DNA of 64,000 bases from a bacterium (GCA_965209155.1 OZ242383.1:160001-224000), one strand, 5' to 3'. Shown: positions 30,340 through 40,574, counted from the stretch's first letter. Numbers and translations: made by a program. The notes: generated by a model from the sequence alone, not told the origin.

Positions 30340-33150
30340 ATGGCAACTCTAATGTACGGATTAGCTGAGGCCGCACTATGGTCCAGTCTTTTAATCGTTT
30401 TCGTGTTCGTGATTCGCAAACCGGTGGTTCGTTATTTTGGGGCAAAATGGAGTCACGCGCTTTGGCTGCTCCCTGCTCTTAAAATGATGATCATCGTCAC
30501 CCCTCAAACACAATTCAGCCTTCTTCATTCCTGGCAAACCATCCTTTATAATTTCAAGATGCAGCAAGGGGTGTATGCCCTGCTGCAAAACAAGAAGCCC
30601 CTCACCCCCTCCGAAGCCTTATTCCAACAGATCAACGTAGAGAATAAGGCTCGGTGGGAATCCATGAAAACGGAGATGCAGGAAAGAGCGTCTCCCTTCC
30701 CTGCGGAGCGTTTGAGTGAGCCCGGTTTCCCCCCTCGAGATCCCCCATTATCCGCCTCGGTTGGCGGGTGGCCTCTTCTTTCGGAAATAGATGCCATGAC
30801 GATCATTTTCTTCGTATGGCTTGGGGGATTCGTGATGATGGGACTTTTCACATTACACCGGCATGCGCATTTTCAGAAGCAACTGCTGCGAGAAAAGCGG
30901 GAACCTTCCCCGGAAATGAGCAGGTTGCTCGAAAAACTGTGCCTCAGAATGGGCCTGAAGTTCCAGGGAGACGTGTTCCTATCCGCCCGGATTCAGGGGC
31001 CTGCGATGATCGGATGGTTGCATCCCAAACTGGTGCTACCCCTCCGATTTGACGAACGATATTCCCCACGGGAAATGGAATTCATTCTCGCTCATGAACT
31101 AGCCCATCTGCAACGCAAAGATTCTCTCTTCATCGTTTGGGCCTTGTTGCTCAAGTGTGTTTATTGGTTCAACCCGTTGATCTACCTGGCCTATCGGCTG
31201 TTCCGCCTGGATCAGGAACTGGCCTGTGATCAATGGGTTTTAACTTCTGTTCCCCAAAAGGAACGGAAATCGTATGGATTGACCATACTCAAAACGGTAT
31301 CCCAGCCGGAAATGATGCTTGAAAATTTCCAGGCGGGGTGCTTTTGGTTTACTTTTTCTCAAATGAAAGAAAGGATTGCTATGATAAATCATCATCGAAA
31401 CTCAAAAGGGCGTTCCATGCTGGCCCTCCTCAGCATGATTGTACTTGGTTTCACGACCTTGACCTTTGCCGCCTCGGACATGGTCAAAGACCCCTCCACC
31501 GGCAAGATGGTGACCGCGCCGGAGTATGGCGGGACAATAACCCTCGCCCTAAAAGAAGAGGGGGCGGGTCCTGACGCCGTGGTCTCTGGTTTTTGGGCGA
31601 TACCCTACGTCTCTGGCGTTTTAGAGAAGCTGGCCTACGCTGACTGGGCAACGCCCAGGGACAAATATGACTTCCAGTTTCACAACCCTCCAACTAACAC
31701 GATAGGGTCTCTGGCGGAAAGCTGGTCGCAGCCCGACCCACTGACGTATATCGTCAAAGTCCGCCAGGGCGTTCACTGGCATAATAAGCCGCCGATGAAC
31801 GGTCGGGAGCTGACTGCCCAAGATATCGAGTACAACTATCACCGTGTGACGGGTATGGGCAGCGGTTTCACCGAACCTAGCGAATTTGCTAATAGCTGGC
31901 GCGGTGTGGAAGTGGAATCGATAACGGCCACCGACAAATGGACGGTTGTTATTAAGCTGAAGGAGCTAAACCTCGGTGCGCTGACTGCTATCCTTGACGG
32001 CAGAATCGGTTTTATATACCCCCCCGAGGTAATCAAGGAACACGGGGACGTTACGGATTGGAGGAATCTGGTCGGCACCGGTCCCTTTATGCTGACTGAC
32101 TGGACCGAGGGCAGCTCTATCACCTGGGACAAGAATCCTGACTACTGGGGCTACGACGAAAAATATCCGGAGAACCGCTTGCCCTATGTTGACGAGGTAA
32201 AGGCCCTGGTTATGCCAGAAGAGGCAACCTATCTGGCGGCACTGCGCACGGGTAAGGTGGATTACATCGGTCCGATCGGCGTGACTCAAATGAAGACTCC
32301 CGAACAGTTAGAGAGCCTCCAGCGGACCAACCCCGAAATCGTGATATGGCCATTTTACAGTCGGTCGGAAAATTGTTTTGGCATGAACGTTCAGTTGGAG
32401 CCCTTTGACGACATCAGGGTGCGCAAGGCAATGCAGATGGCAATTGACCTCGAGACAATCAACAACGCCTACTATAAGGGTTATGCCGATATAATACCTC
32501 AGGGGCTGGTAAATCGTTCTTTTACATGTTGTGTCACCCAATTTGAAGATTGGCCCGAAGAGGTCAAGAAGGTCTTCGACTATGACCCGGAAGGTGCCGA
32601 AGCGTTGCTAGATGAGGCCGGGTATAAACGCGGCGCGGACGGCATTAGATTTAAGACCGAGTTGATGCACATCGATCGGTACGATTTGAACTATGCAGAA
32701 TTAGCCGTTTCATACTGGAATAAGATTGGCATTGATGTAGAGATTGCTGTACTGCCAGTAGCTCCCTGGGTCGCTAGAAGAAGTGAGGGGGATTTCGAAA
32801 TGCTCAGTTCGGAAGCGGCCAATAGGTGGTTCCCATTCGCAATACAGCGAAGATTTGCTTCACCAGGGAACAGCTCCAATGTCAACGACCCGGTTTATGC
32901 CGCCATGTATGAAGAGGGCACAGCCGCTACCACCATCGAGGAGCAAAACAGGATAGCTGGAGAGCTAGATCAGTATGGGATTGAGAAGTTCTGGACGATA
33001 TTTGGTCCTGCGGCCTCACAGTATGTGGCTATTCAGCCGTGGGTCATAGGTTTTAACGGTGAAGCGAGGTTGGGAAACACCGGTCAAGATTTCCGCATCT
33101 TCACCCGCCTCTGGATTGATAGTGAGCTAAAGGAAGCAATGGGTTATTAG
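30340..33150 (+). CDS. M56 (BlaR1-type) metallopeptidase fused to ABC family-5 solute-binding domain
   Basis: HELAH, WFNP, ELACD, MKERI, TM segment, then APEYGGT, LAESW, VGTGPF, PFDDIRVRKA, YDPEGA. Confidence 0.88.
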   Translation: MATLMYGLAEAALWSSLLIVFVFVIRKPVVRYFGAKWSHALWLLPALKMMIIVTPQTQFSLLHSWQTILYNFKMQQGVYALLQNKKPLTPSEALFQQINVENKARWESMKTEMQERASPFPAERLSEPGFPPRDPPLSASVGGWPLLSEIDAMTIIFFVWLGGFVMMGLFTLHRHAHFQKQLLREKREPSPEMSRLLEKLCLRMGLKFQGDVFLSARIQGPAMIGWLHPKLVLPLRFDERYSPREMEFILAHELAHLQRKDSLFIVWALLLKCVYWFNPLIYLAYRLFRLDQELACDQWVLTSVPQKERKSYGLTILKTVSQPEMMLENFQAGCFWFTFSQMKERIAMINHHRNSKGRSMLALLSMIVLGFTTLTFAASDMVKDPSTGKMVTAPEYGGTITLALKEEGAGPDAVVSGFWAIPYVSGVLEKLAYADWATPRDKYDFQFHNPPTNTIGSLAESWSQPDPLTYIVKVRQGVHWHNKPPMNGRELTAQDIEYNYHRVTGMGSGFTEPSEFANSWRGVEVESITATDKWTVVIKLKELNLGALTAILDGRIGFIYPPEVIKEHGDVTDWRNLVGTGPFMLTDWTEGSSITWDKNPDYWGYDEKYPENRLPYVDEVKALVMPEEATYLAALRTGKVDYIGPIGVTQMKTPEQLESLQRTNPEIVIWPFYSRSENCFGMNVQLEPFDDIRVRKAMQMAIDLETINNAYYKGYADIIPQGLVNRSFTCCVTQFEDWPEEVKKVFDYDPEGAEALLDEAGYKRGADGIRFKTELMHIDRYDLNYAELAVSYWNKIGIDVEIAVLPVAPWVARRSEGDFEMLSSEAANRWFPFAIQRRFASPGNSSNVNDPVYAAMYEEGTAATTIEEQNRIAGELDQYGIEKFWTIFGPAASQYVAIQPWVIGFNGEARLGNTGQDFRIFTRLWIDSELKEAMGY

Positions 33151-33187
33151 TGCCTGCTCTCGGCGATAACTGAAACGTCTAAGGGAG

Positions 33188-33213
33188 CTGGGGGGCTCAA
33201 GCCCCCCAGTTTT
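33188..33213 (+). terminator. Intrinsic terminator
   Basis: CTGGGGGGC-TCAA-GCCCCCCAG-TTTT. Confidence 0.75.
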
Positions 33214-33242
33214 CCCATACTCGTTGAATAATGAGAGGGCAA

Positions 33243-33702
33243 CTTGTCATTCCGGGCGAAGACCCGGAATCCAGAAAACGGGACCATTTGAAATTACGCT
33301 GGATTCCGCCTTTCGGCGGAATGACGGGGAGAATCAAGGGGGACACCCCCTTGAACCCCCGTTTCAAAGGGGCTTCGCCCCTCTTAGACGCTCCCTATAA
33401 TAAGGAGAGGGGGAATCAAGGGGGACACCCCCTTGATTCCCCGTTTCAGAGGGGTTTCACCCCTCTGGACTCCCCAAAACAGTGAGAGGCCAGGTTTTTT
33501 TGGCAGAGGTCATGCGCACCTTAGAGAGTGCCGCGCCAGCCGGGCAAGGGGATGGTCTAAGTGGATTCCGGCCCCGGATCCAGTCCGGGACAGGTTTCTC
33601 ACCGCAATGACGGGGGAGGTGGATTCCGCCTTTCGCCGGAATGACGGGTCAGAGAGGGCGACGAGATTGCCACGCCCCGATAAATCGGGGCTCGCAATGA
33701 CA
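33243..33702. repeat. Cluster of REP-like palindromic repeats
   Basis: GTCATTCCGG..CCGGAATCCAG, TGGATTCCGCCTTTCG..GGAATGAC x2, GAATCAAGGGGGACACCCCCTTGA x2, GAGATTGC..GCAATGAC. Confidence 0.75.
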
Positions 33703-33716
33703 AGGAGTAGTGTGTC

Positions 33717-34676
33717 ATGAGAGCCTATATCATCAGGCGGTTATTGCTGATAATCCCCACCTTGTTTATATTGACCATCCTGGTCTTTCTCTCGCTCCGC
33801 TTCATCCCGGGCGATGTAATAGACGTAATACTAGGTAGGATGGAATACCAAACAATGGGGGAGATTGACCGTGAAGTTGTTGAGCGTCGGCTAGGATTAG
33901 ACGTGCCTGCCTACGTGCAGTATGGACGCTGGATAGGAGGTATTTTCCGGCACGGCACCCTTGGCAAATCACTGCTTGGCAGTTGGGCGGTAGAGGAGAA
34001 GATAATAGGTAGACTGCCAGTAACCATTGAGCTTGGTTTGTTGTCAATCGTAATCGGGCTAGTGATAGCCCTGCCGGTCGGCATATACTCGGCGATTCGC
34101 CAGGATACTGCCGCCGACTACGTGGGGCGCTCCATCGCCGTCATCGGCCTGGCAACTCCTAACTTCTGGCTGGGAATTATGGTCATGATCTTTCCTGCAA
34201 TCTGGTGGGGCTGGTCGCCGCCGATGGAGTGGGTTTCTTTCACGGAAGACCCGCTGGGGAATCTCGGGATTCTCATCATTCCCAGCCTGATTCTGGGGAC
34301 GGCTGTTTCTGCAGCCACCATGCGGATGACGCGCACCATGATGCTGGAGGTGCTCAGGCAAGACTATATCAGGACGGCCTGGTCCAAGGGACTCAAGGAG
34401 AGGGTAGTTATTATCAGACACGCCGTCAAGAATGCCCTCATCCCGGTAGTTACCCTGGTAGGCCTGCAGTTGCCGATCCTGGTCGGGGGCGCCGTGATCA
34501 TGGAGAACATCTTCAACCTGCCGGGGATCGGGCGTCTCCTGGTGAATGCCCTCAATGACCGAGACTATCCAGTGGTCTCCGGAGTCAACCTCTTTTTCGC
34601 CACCGGCGTGGTGCTGCTCAATCTCCTCATCGACCTGATTTATCCCTATCTGGACCCGAGAGTGCGGTATGAATAG
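33717..34676 (+). CDS. Peptide/nickel ABC transporter permease (DppB-like)
   Basis: YIIRRLL, PNFWLG, QDYIRTAWSKGL, LDPRVRY. Confidence 0.93.
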   Translation: MRAYIIRRLLLIIPTLFILTILVFLSLRFIPGDVIDVILGRMEYQTMGEIDREVVERRLGLDVPAYVQYGRWIGGIFRHGTLGKSLLGSWAVEEKIIGRLPVTIELGLLSIVIGLVIALPVGIYSAIRQDTAADYVGRSIAVIGLATPNFWLGIMVMIFPAIWWGWSPPMEWVSFTEDPLGNLGILIIPSLILGTAVSAATMRMTRTMMLEVLRQDYIRTAWSKGLKERVVIIRHAVKNALIPVVTLVGLQLPILVGGAVIMENIFNLPGIGRLLVNALNDRDYPVVSGVNLFFATGVVLLNLLIDLIYPYLDPRVRYE

Positions 34677-34800
34677 TCATTATGCTTCCGGTAAATACAG
34701 GTTTGAGATCCGTCTGTCAGAAGAAGTCCCTCCGGGACTGTATTATATAGACTTCTAGAAATTCATACTTCAGCAATTCCCGGATTCTCAAGGAGACCCT

Positions 34801-35707
34801 ATGAGTAGCACCCATATACCCCTTTGTAGTTCAAGACATCGCACTTGCTGCCGACCTCGATACCATGGGCGGCAAGGGGTTGTCGTTAGCACGAATGATG
34901 GCCGCCGAATTTCCAGTCCCCGCAGGCTTTACGGTCACGACAGCCGCATACCGGCAGTTCGTTTCTGACAACGACCTTCAGCAGGCTATCATCGATCAGG
35001 CAAAACCGGAACTCGTGGGCACAGCGGTGTCTTTCGATTCCGCCTCGCAACAAATCCAGGCGTTGTTTGCCAAAAACAATCTGGGTGATGCACAGAAGGC
35101 GCAAATCGCGGATGCCTATGCCGCCCTGGGCGACGGCGAACCACCGGTTGCGGTGCGTTCCTCGGCCAATGCGGAAGACCTGCCAGATCTGTCGTTCGCC
35201 GGGCAGCAGGACACCTATCTCAACATACGCGGTAGCGATTCGGTGTTCGAGGCGGTACGCGACTGTTGGGCATCGTTGTGGACCGCACGGGCCCTCAGTT
35301 ACCGGTATGAACATGCCATCGCCCAGCAGGCAGTTGACATGGCGGTGGTGGTGCAGGAGATGGTGCCCTCCGAAGTCTCCGGCGTCCTCTTTACTGCCAA
35401 CCCGGCCACTGGAGAGCGGTCCGAATGGAACCCCACCGGCGCCCAGGACTCCGAGATGGACCGCTTGATGGAAGTGGCACAAAGCGCCACCACCCTCGAG
35501 GAGTACCATCGGCTGATGAGAGAGGCAAACCAGTATGCCACGGCACAACACTGGATCTTGTGGGGCGGGAGGGTTCCCCAATTTAACGTCCATCAGCCCT
35601 GGATCAAAGGCTACAACGGGGAAACCGATCTTGGAGACATGGACCGCACCATGATGTTCTCCCGCCTCTGGATTGACCAGGAGCTGAAGAAAGAAATGGG
35701 GTTTTAG
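34801..35707 (+). pseudogene. Chimera: PEP synthase/PPDK N-terminal fragment fused in frame to a family-5 solute-binding protein C terminus
   Basis: GGKG, AVRSSANAEDLPDLSFAGQQDTYLN, FTANPATG, then QPWIKGYNGE...RLWIDQELKKEMGF; frameshift near the 34801 start. Confidence 0.8.
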
Positions 35708-35764
35708 GCAATATGACTCGCCTCTGTTTCTCCCTCCCTCCGGTCCAGCTGGTGGGAGGAATTT

Positions 35765-35998
35765 TCATGCGATCCGTCTGCTTGCCTTTAATAACACATC
35801 CTGAGTTTCTTTGGAGAGGGGAACCTGATGAAAGGAAGATTGAGGATATAAAAAATCTTCTTCAAATTCATTGAAGACACGGATAAATCCAGTCTGATTT
35901 TCCAGTTCGTCATGTTGGGCTTTATAGACTTTTCTAAATTGAAAGTCAGGATGAAGCTCTTTTGTCGTACAAATGACAAAAAAAATATCATTATTCAT
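35765..35998 (-). CDS. Small hypothetical protein, second gene of an overlapping pair
   Basis: FVIC..RKVY..IRVFNEFEEDFLYP; overlaps the upstream stop codon. Confidence 0.65.
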   Translation of the reverse strand: MNNDIFFVICTTKELHPDFQFRKVYKAQHDELENQTGFIRVFNEFEEDFLYPQSSFHQVPLSKETQDVLLKASRRIA

Positions 35999-36254
35999 AA
36001 ACCTTCTCGATAAAACGTTTGATTCTTTCTCGACAGATGCCTTTTCCATGAGCGGTGATATAGTGAATTTCTGCTATCCAGGTGGTTCCTGTCTCTTCCA
36101 GCAAAACTTTAGCCATGCCTTTGTTATAAATCCATCGTGCTTTTCCATATTTTTGATTTAATTCCCGAATCAGCTTTTTGTCCTTCAACTTACCCATTGA
36201 ATCCAGAAAGGTGATTTCCCCCAATCGTTGGAATTTGATATTGAATATTGGCAT
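35991..36254 (-). CDS. Small basic hypothetical protein, first gene of the pair
   Basis: L..KYG..RW...KG...AEIHY..AHG.G pattern. Confidence 0.65.
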   Translation of the reverse strand: MPIFNIKFQRLGEITFLDSMGKLKDKKLIRELNQKYGKARWIYNKGMAKVLLEETGTTWIAEIHYITAHGKGICRERIKRFIEKVYE

Positions 36255-36672
36255 GACTTGATACCTTGACGGCTCAAGAGGCTTTTTTACTATTCAAGTA
36301 TTGTCAATGAATTGATTTACAAGGTCAGACAGATGTTTTACATTTTTGCACTAAGAATACATTTTCTGAAATTTCATATCCGAAATAACGTAGTATTTTA
36401 ATGATTGACTTGATATGACGGGTTGAAGGAGCTCTCAATGAGACTGATCATTTGACGAGATAAATCAAGTTCTTTAGCAATTGGGGAGTTGTTTTTTTCC
36501 GATTTTTCGATTTCTTTTTTTGCTAATTGAAAGACTCCCTCAAGATTTAATGTTTGCATGCAATCTCCTTAAATCATGTTTTTATGAAAATTGTAAAATG
36601 AAAGCGGCACAGTGTCAATCAAATGTTTTACAAATTAATAGGGGGATCACTCATTAGACGAGGGGTCAAGTA

Positions 36673-37093
36673 AGGGAAATCTCTGGGGGTTCCTGATCCC
36701 CAGTCTGATTCTGGGGACGGCCTCGGCGGCTTCCACCATGCGGATGATGGCACCATGATGCTGGAGGTGCTAAGGCAGGACTATATCCGAACCGCTTGGT
36801 CCAAGGGGCTCCGGGAGCGGGTCGTGATCATTCGGCACACCATCAAAAATGCCCTCATCCCGGTGCTCACACTGATCGGCCTGCAGTTGCCGATCCTGGT
36901 CGGAGGCGCGGTGATCATGGAGAACATCTTCAACCTGCCTGGGCTCGGTCGTCTCCTGGTGAATGCCCTCAATGACCGAGACTACCCGATGGTCTCCGGA
37001 GTCAACCTCTTTTTCGCCACCGGGGTGATGCTGCTCAATCTCCTCATCGACCTGATTTATCCCTATCTGGACCCGAGAGTGCGGTATGAATAG
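36673..37093 (+). pseudogene. DppB-like permease 3' fragment with frameshift
   Basis: Paralog of the 3' part of 33717-34676; lacks 5' half; 1 nt deletion near 36750. Confidence 0.85.
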
Positions 37094-37649
37094 TCGCTGT
37101 TGTGAAAGATATTCAAGGTTTGGGTTGCAGGGCGGACAGGACAGTTATGGCGAAATGAGGAACAAATGTGATTACAAACACTATTCAGTATCTCCTTCCT
37201 GGTGGGACTCAGTTTGCTCATCTTTTGTCTCATTTGCAGAGTTATTACTTTCCAAGGGCATCACCGTAATCAATTTGGAGAAACGACGAAAGTCGTCCAC
37301 ATTTTGAGTGAGGAGTGTGGCAATCCCATAAGCTTGTATGGTGGCAACAATGTTAGCATCGTAAATCTGCTTACCGCCAATGGACACCTGTTCCACCAAT
37401 TGTAATAATTTCTCGGTGACCTGAAGACCGTCTTCAGCAATATGATAAAAAGAAGCGTAATGCTGAATGGATCCTATCACTATTTCGGTAGTTGGAGGTT
37501 CTGCATAAACTTGAGGGCGAGTTAAGGTAGCCTGATATTCACGTAGCACTTAACGACTAATCCAGAACTCCGTTTCCGGGTTTTTCAGGGGCTGGATTCT
37601 TTCCCGAGCAATGTGGTGAAAAGGTGCTTCTGCCACGGAAGCATAAACC

Positions 37650-39038
37650 GAGTTATAGTCAAATTCTGGGGATGGCAATTCAGGCGGCGATCCTGTATTG
37701 AGGAATTCCATCGACAAATTGTACTCCCTCTATCACTTCGGCTAATCGTTTAAATCCGTGTAATCGGATCCAATTTTTCTGAGCGGATTCCATTAATTTG
37801 AATGCCATCGTCAAGACGGTATTTCTTGAGAAACAACCTCTGACTTTGGCAGTTCTCAGTTTGACAGTAGCGAAGGTGGATTCAATGGGATTGCTCGTTC
37901 TCAAATGCCTCCAATGCTCTGCCGGGAAATCATAGAAGGCCATCAAGGTCTCCTGATCTTTAATCAAGCAGTGAGTGGCTTTAGGATATTTCGCCTCATA
38001 CATGTCAACAAAATGCTTTAAGGCTTTGAAAGCTTCCTCTTTGCTGCTGGCCATCCAAATTTGATGGAGACGATCCTTGGCTTTATGATGCTCCCTTTTT
38101 GGTAAATAGTTGAGAATGTTTCCCGTTTTGTGCATCCAACAACGCTGCTCTTTGCTCTGAGGATAGACTTTTTTCAAAGCTTTCCAAAATCCCATCGCTC
38201 CGTCTCCCACAGCGATTTTAGGGGCCTCAGTCAATCCCCGGTGCTTCAGATCCATCAGCAGTTCCCTCCAGGATTGCTCACTTTCCCGGTAGCCATCTTC
38301 CAAGGCAACGAGCTCTTTATCTCCATTTTCTGTTGCCCCCACAATCACCAAGAGGCATTGTTTATCTTTATCCATTCTCACATTGCAATACACGCCATCG
38401 ACCCAGAGATAAACATAATGACTCTGGGAGAGATCCCGTTGTTTCCAGGCTTTCCAATCCTCATACCAGCTTGATTTAAGACGGCTCACTGTCGCTGAAG
38501 ACAAGCCCGCCGCTCTTTTACCTAAAATCGCTGCGAGCGCCTCCTGAAAGCCACCAGTGGAAATCCCTTTCAGATACAGCCAGGGAATCAGGGCTTCAAT
38601 ACTTTTACTTTTCCTCAGATAAGGGGGGATCAACTTGGAAGAAAATCGAATCCTTTCCTCTGATGAGGTGCTTTGACGATCTTTACTCCGCGGAACTTTC
38701 ACGGATATAGAACCAATTCCCGTCTGAATCTCCCGATCTTGATGATAACCATGACGAACCACTCGCTGACGTCCATCCGAGAGTCGATAGGACTGATATT
38801 CCTTCATGAATATTTCCATCTCCAATTCCAACGCTTCAGAAAGTATCTTCCTGGCTTTCACTCTCAAAAGTTCACTCAAATGATCTTCAATAATTTGCTC
38901 TGGCTTCTCCAGATCAATCACGTTATAGTTGCTCATCGGCGTATCCTTTCTTTGATGTAATTCTATTTATTTTAAATTCCCATCAATAGGATACGCCACC
39001 TTCAAATTTAGTCCATCCCCAACTTTCGACTATATCTC
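37650..39038 (-). mobile_element. IS256-family insertion sequence
   Basis: IRs GAGWTATAGTC..GGGGATGG; 9 bp target duplication GCATAAACC at 37641 and 39039. Confidence 0.95.
37680..38936 (-). CDS. IS256-family transposase
   Basis: WVDGVY, RESEQSW, VGDGAMGF, QRCWMHK, RTSNPIES. Confidence 0.95.
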   Translation of the reverse strand: MSNYNVIDLEKPEQIIEDHLSELLRVKARKILSEALELEMEIFMKEYQSYRLSDGRQRVVRHGYHQDREIQTGIGSISVKVPRSKDRQSTSSEERIRFSSKLIPPYLRKSKSIEALIPWLYLKGISTGGFQEALAAILGKRAAGLSSATVSRLKSSWYEDWKAWKQRDLSQSHYVYLWVDGVYCNVRMDKDKQCLLVIVGATENGDKELVALEDGYRESEQSWRELLMDLKHRGLTEAPKIAVGDGAMGFWKALKKVYPQSKEQRCWMHKTGNILNYLPKREHHKAKDRLHQIWMASSKEEAFKALKHFVDMYEAKYPKATHCLIKDQETLMAFYDFPAEHWRHLRTSNPIESTFATVKLRTAKVRGCFSRNTVLTMAFKLMESAQKNWIRLHGFKRLAEVIEGVQFVDGIPQYRIAA

Positions 39039-39072
39039 GCATAAACCAAGACATTTGTGTCTAAAAATCTCC

Positions 39073-39300
39073 TTATCTCCCATCGTCGCCATACAAATCC
39101 TCTCTTCTCAACGATAGATTCTCCGGCCATTTTCCCAAATGAATGACAGGGATTTCTAAGGATCGTTGTTTCTTCGCTTCCACCGTTTCTTCATCGACCA
39201 CGACGACCACCTTATGTTTTCCAGGAACAATTTCAGGCGGCATTTGCAAAGTCAACGAACCATTATCTGCTACCGTTGCTGTGGTTTCAATTGTTTTCAT
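39073..39300 (-). CDS. Putative antitoxin of the PIN toxin
   Basis: 75 aa, ends LRREDLYGDDGR, overlaps the toxin start. Confidence 0.75.
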   Translation of the reverse strand: MKTIETTATVADNGSLTLQMPPEIVPGKHKVVVVVDEETVEAKKQRSLEIPVIHLGKWPENLSLRREDLYGDDGR

Positions 39301-39492
39301 AGGGCATCCCCCGATAAAAATTTTTTATTTTTTCCCGTTTCGGGATCTTCGCAATGATTAGGTTTTGTTAAATTCGATTTAATCAAATCCTCTGGTAGAT
39401 TCTGCGTGAACAAGCCATTTTGCATATTGTTTCAATGATAGTTGTATTTGAACTTGAAATGCGGTTTTCGCAAGAGTTGAGCAATTGGGAAA

Positions 39493-40092
39493 CTACAATA
39501 AATGAAATTCTTTGAGAACGTTTGCCAGAGGTGGATCGGTGGCAGCCAATTTGCGTAGGGCAGCGATCAAGTCTTGCAGACGATTGTCTTTTTTGATCTC
39601 TTGCACCGCTTCTGCTACAGCCCGGTCAATAATCGCTTCTTCTTTAGGAGCGGCGTCCCGCTCCAGCGTTTCCAGGGTCTCTTCTTTGGCTTTGCGAATG
39701 ATGGTGCGTCGGTCCCAATAAGCAAATCCGATGACACCCAGAGTCAGGACAGTAAAAATGCCGGCAATCAGTTGCAAGGTATTCATCATCTGTTCAAAGC
39801 GCTTATCTACCTGTTCAAAGCGCTTATCTACCTGTTCAAAGCGCTTGTTCATGTCTTCCCGTAATTCGACAATGCGCTTGTTCATGTCTTCCCGTAATTC
39901 GACAATGCGCTTATCCACTTGTTCAAAGCGTTGATCGGTGGCTTCCATAAAGAGCGTTAAGGTGGTTTCCAGACGAATGATACGCTCTCGATCTTCCTGG
40001 GTAAATCCAATCGTTTGTTGCCCGAATACCACCATATGGCACAGCAACAAGCTCACTCCTCCCATCAACCATATGATCCCAAATCTTTTCAT
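39493..40092 (-). CDS. Membrane-anchored coiled-coil protein with VDKRFEQ repeats
   Basis: Signal-like N terminus, heptad repeats, one TM helix; 21 and 33 bp DNA tandem repeats at about 39790-39930. Confidence 0.8.
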   Translation of the reverse strand: MKRFGIIWLMGGVSLLLCHMVVFGQQTIGFTQEDRERIIRLETTLTLFMEATDQRFEQVDKRIVELREDMNKRIVELREDMNKRFEQVDKRFEQVDKRFEQMMNTLQLIAGIFTVLTLGVIGFAYWDRRTIIRKAKEETLETLERDAAPKEEAIIDRAVAEAVQEIKKDNRLQDLIAALRKLAATDPPLANVLKEFHLL

Positions 40093-40574
40093 AATTTCCT
40101 CAAACAAGCATAACTGCTTGTGCAGTTTACCACTGTTCTTCCTTTCCCGCAATTGTCTGGAAAAAGTTGAAACCAGATTACTTTGAATTTAAAAAATCAT
40201 TTTTTTCTGCCGAAATTCTCTACAGTTCGCTTGTCAAGAAAATACATTCTATTCTTTTTAAATGGTGATTTAAATGTAAAAAAAGATGTAACTATTCAGG
40301 AATCTTCCGAGAACCCACCGATTTCCCACCTCGAGGCTCTTCAAGAAGCCTGTACACTCTTTGAAAAAGAACGAGAGCCATGGAAGCAAGAGCGCTTAGC
40401 ACTCTGATTTACCTCCCTGGCAAAGGGTTTACGATCATTATCGCCATTGGAAAAACGCAGGATTGTGGAGTGAAGATTCGCTTTTTGGCTCATGACCATA
40501 AAGAAGCGGATCTCCCTGATTGATAAATTTTTTAATTTTTTTTGCAAATCCTGCATTTTTTTTTCAATTGGGGG

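Larger units (their letters stand above)
37181..39092 (-). pseudogene. PIN-domain (VapC-like) toxin, IS256-interrupted, with frameshift and nonsense mutation
   Basis: MATMGDKEIF / LDTNVLVYA [IS] SVAEAPFH...WISR*VLREY...IYDANIVAT...TQNVDDF. Confidence 0.85.

Noticed and set aside
40183..40556. Short ORFs between the coiled-coil gene and the heptamer array
   Set aside because: No recognisable motif or convincing start; possibly a remnant, but not supportable
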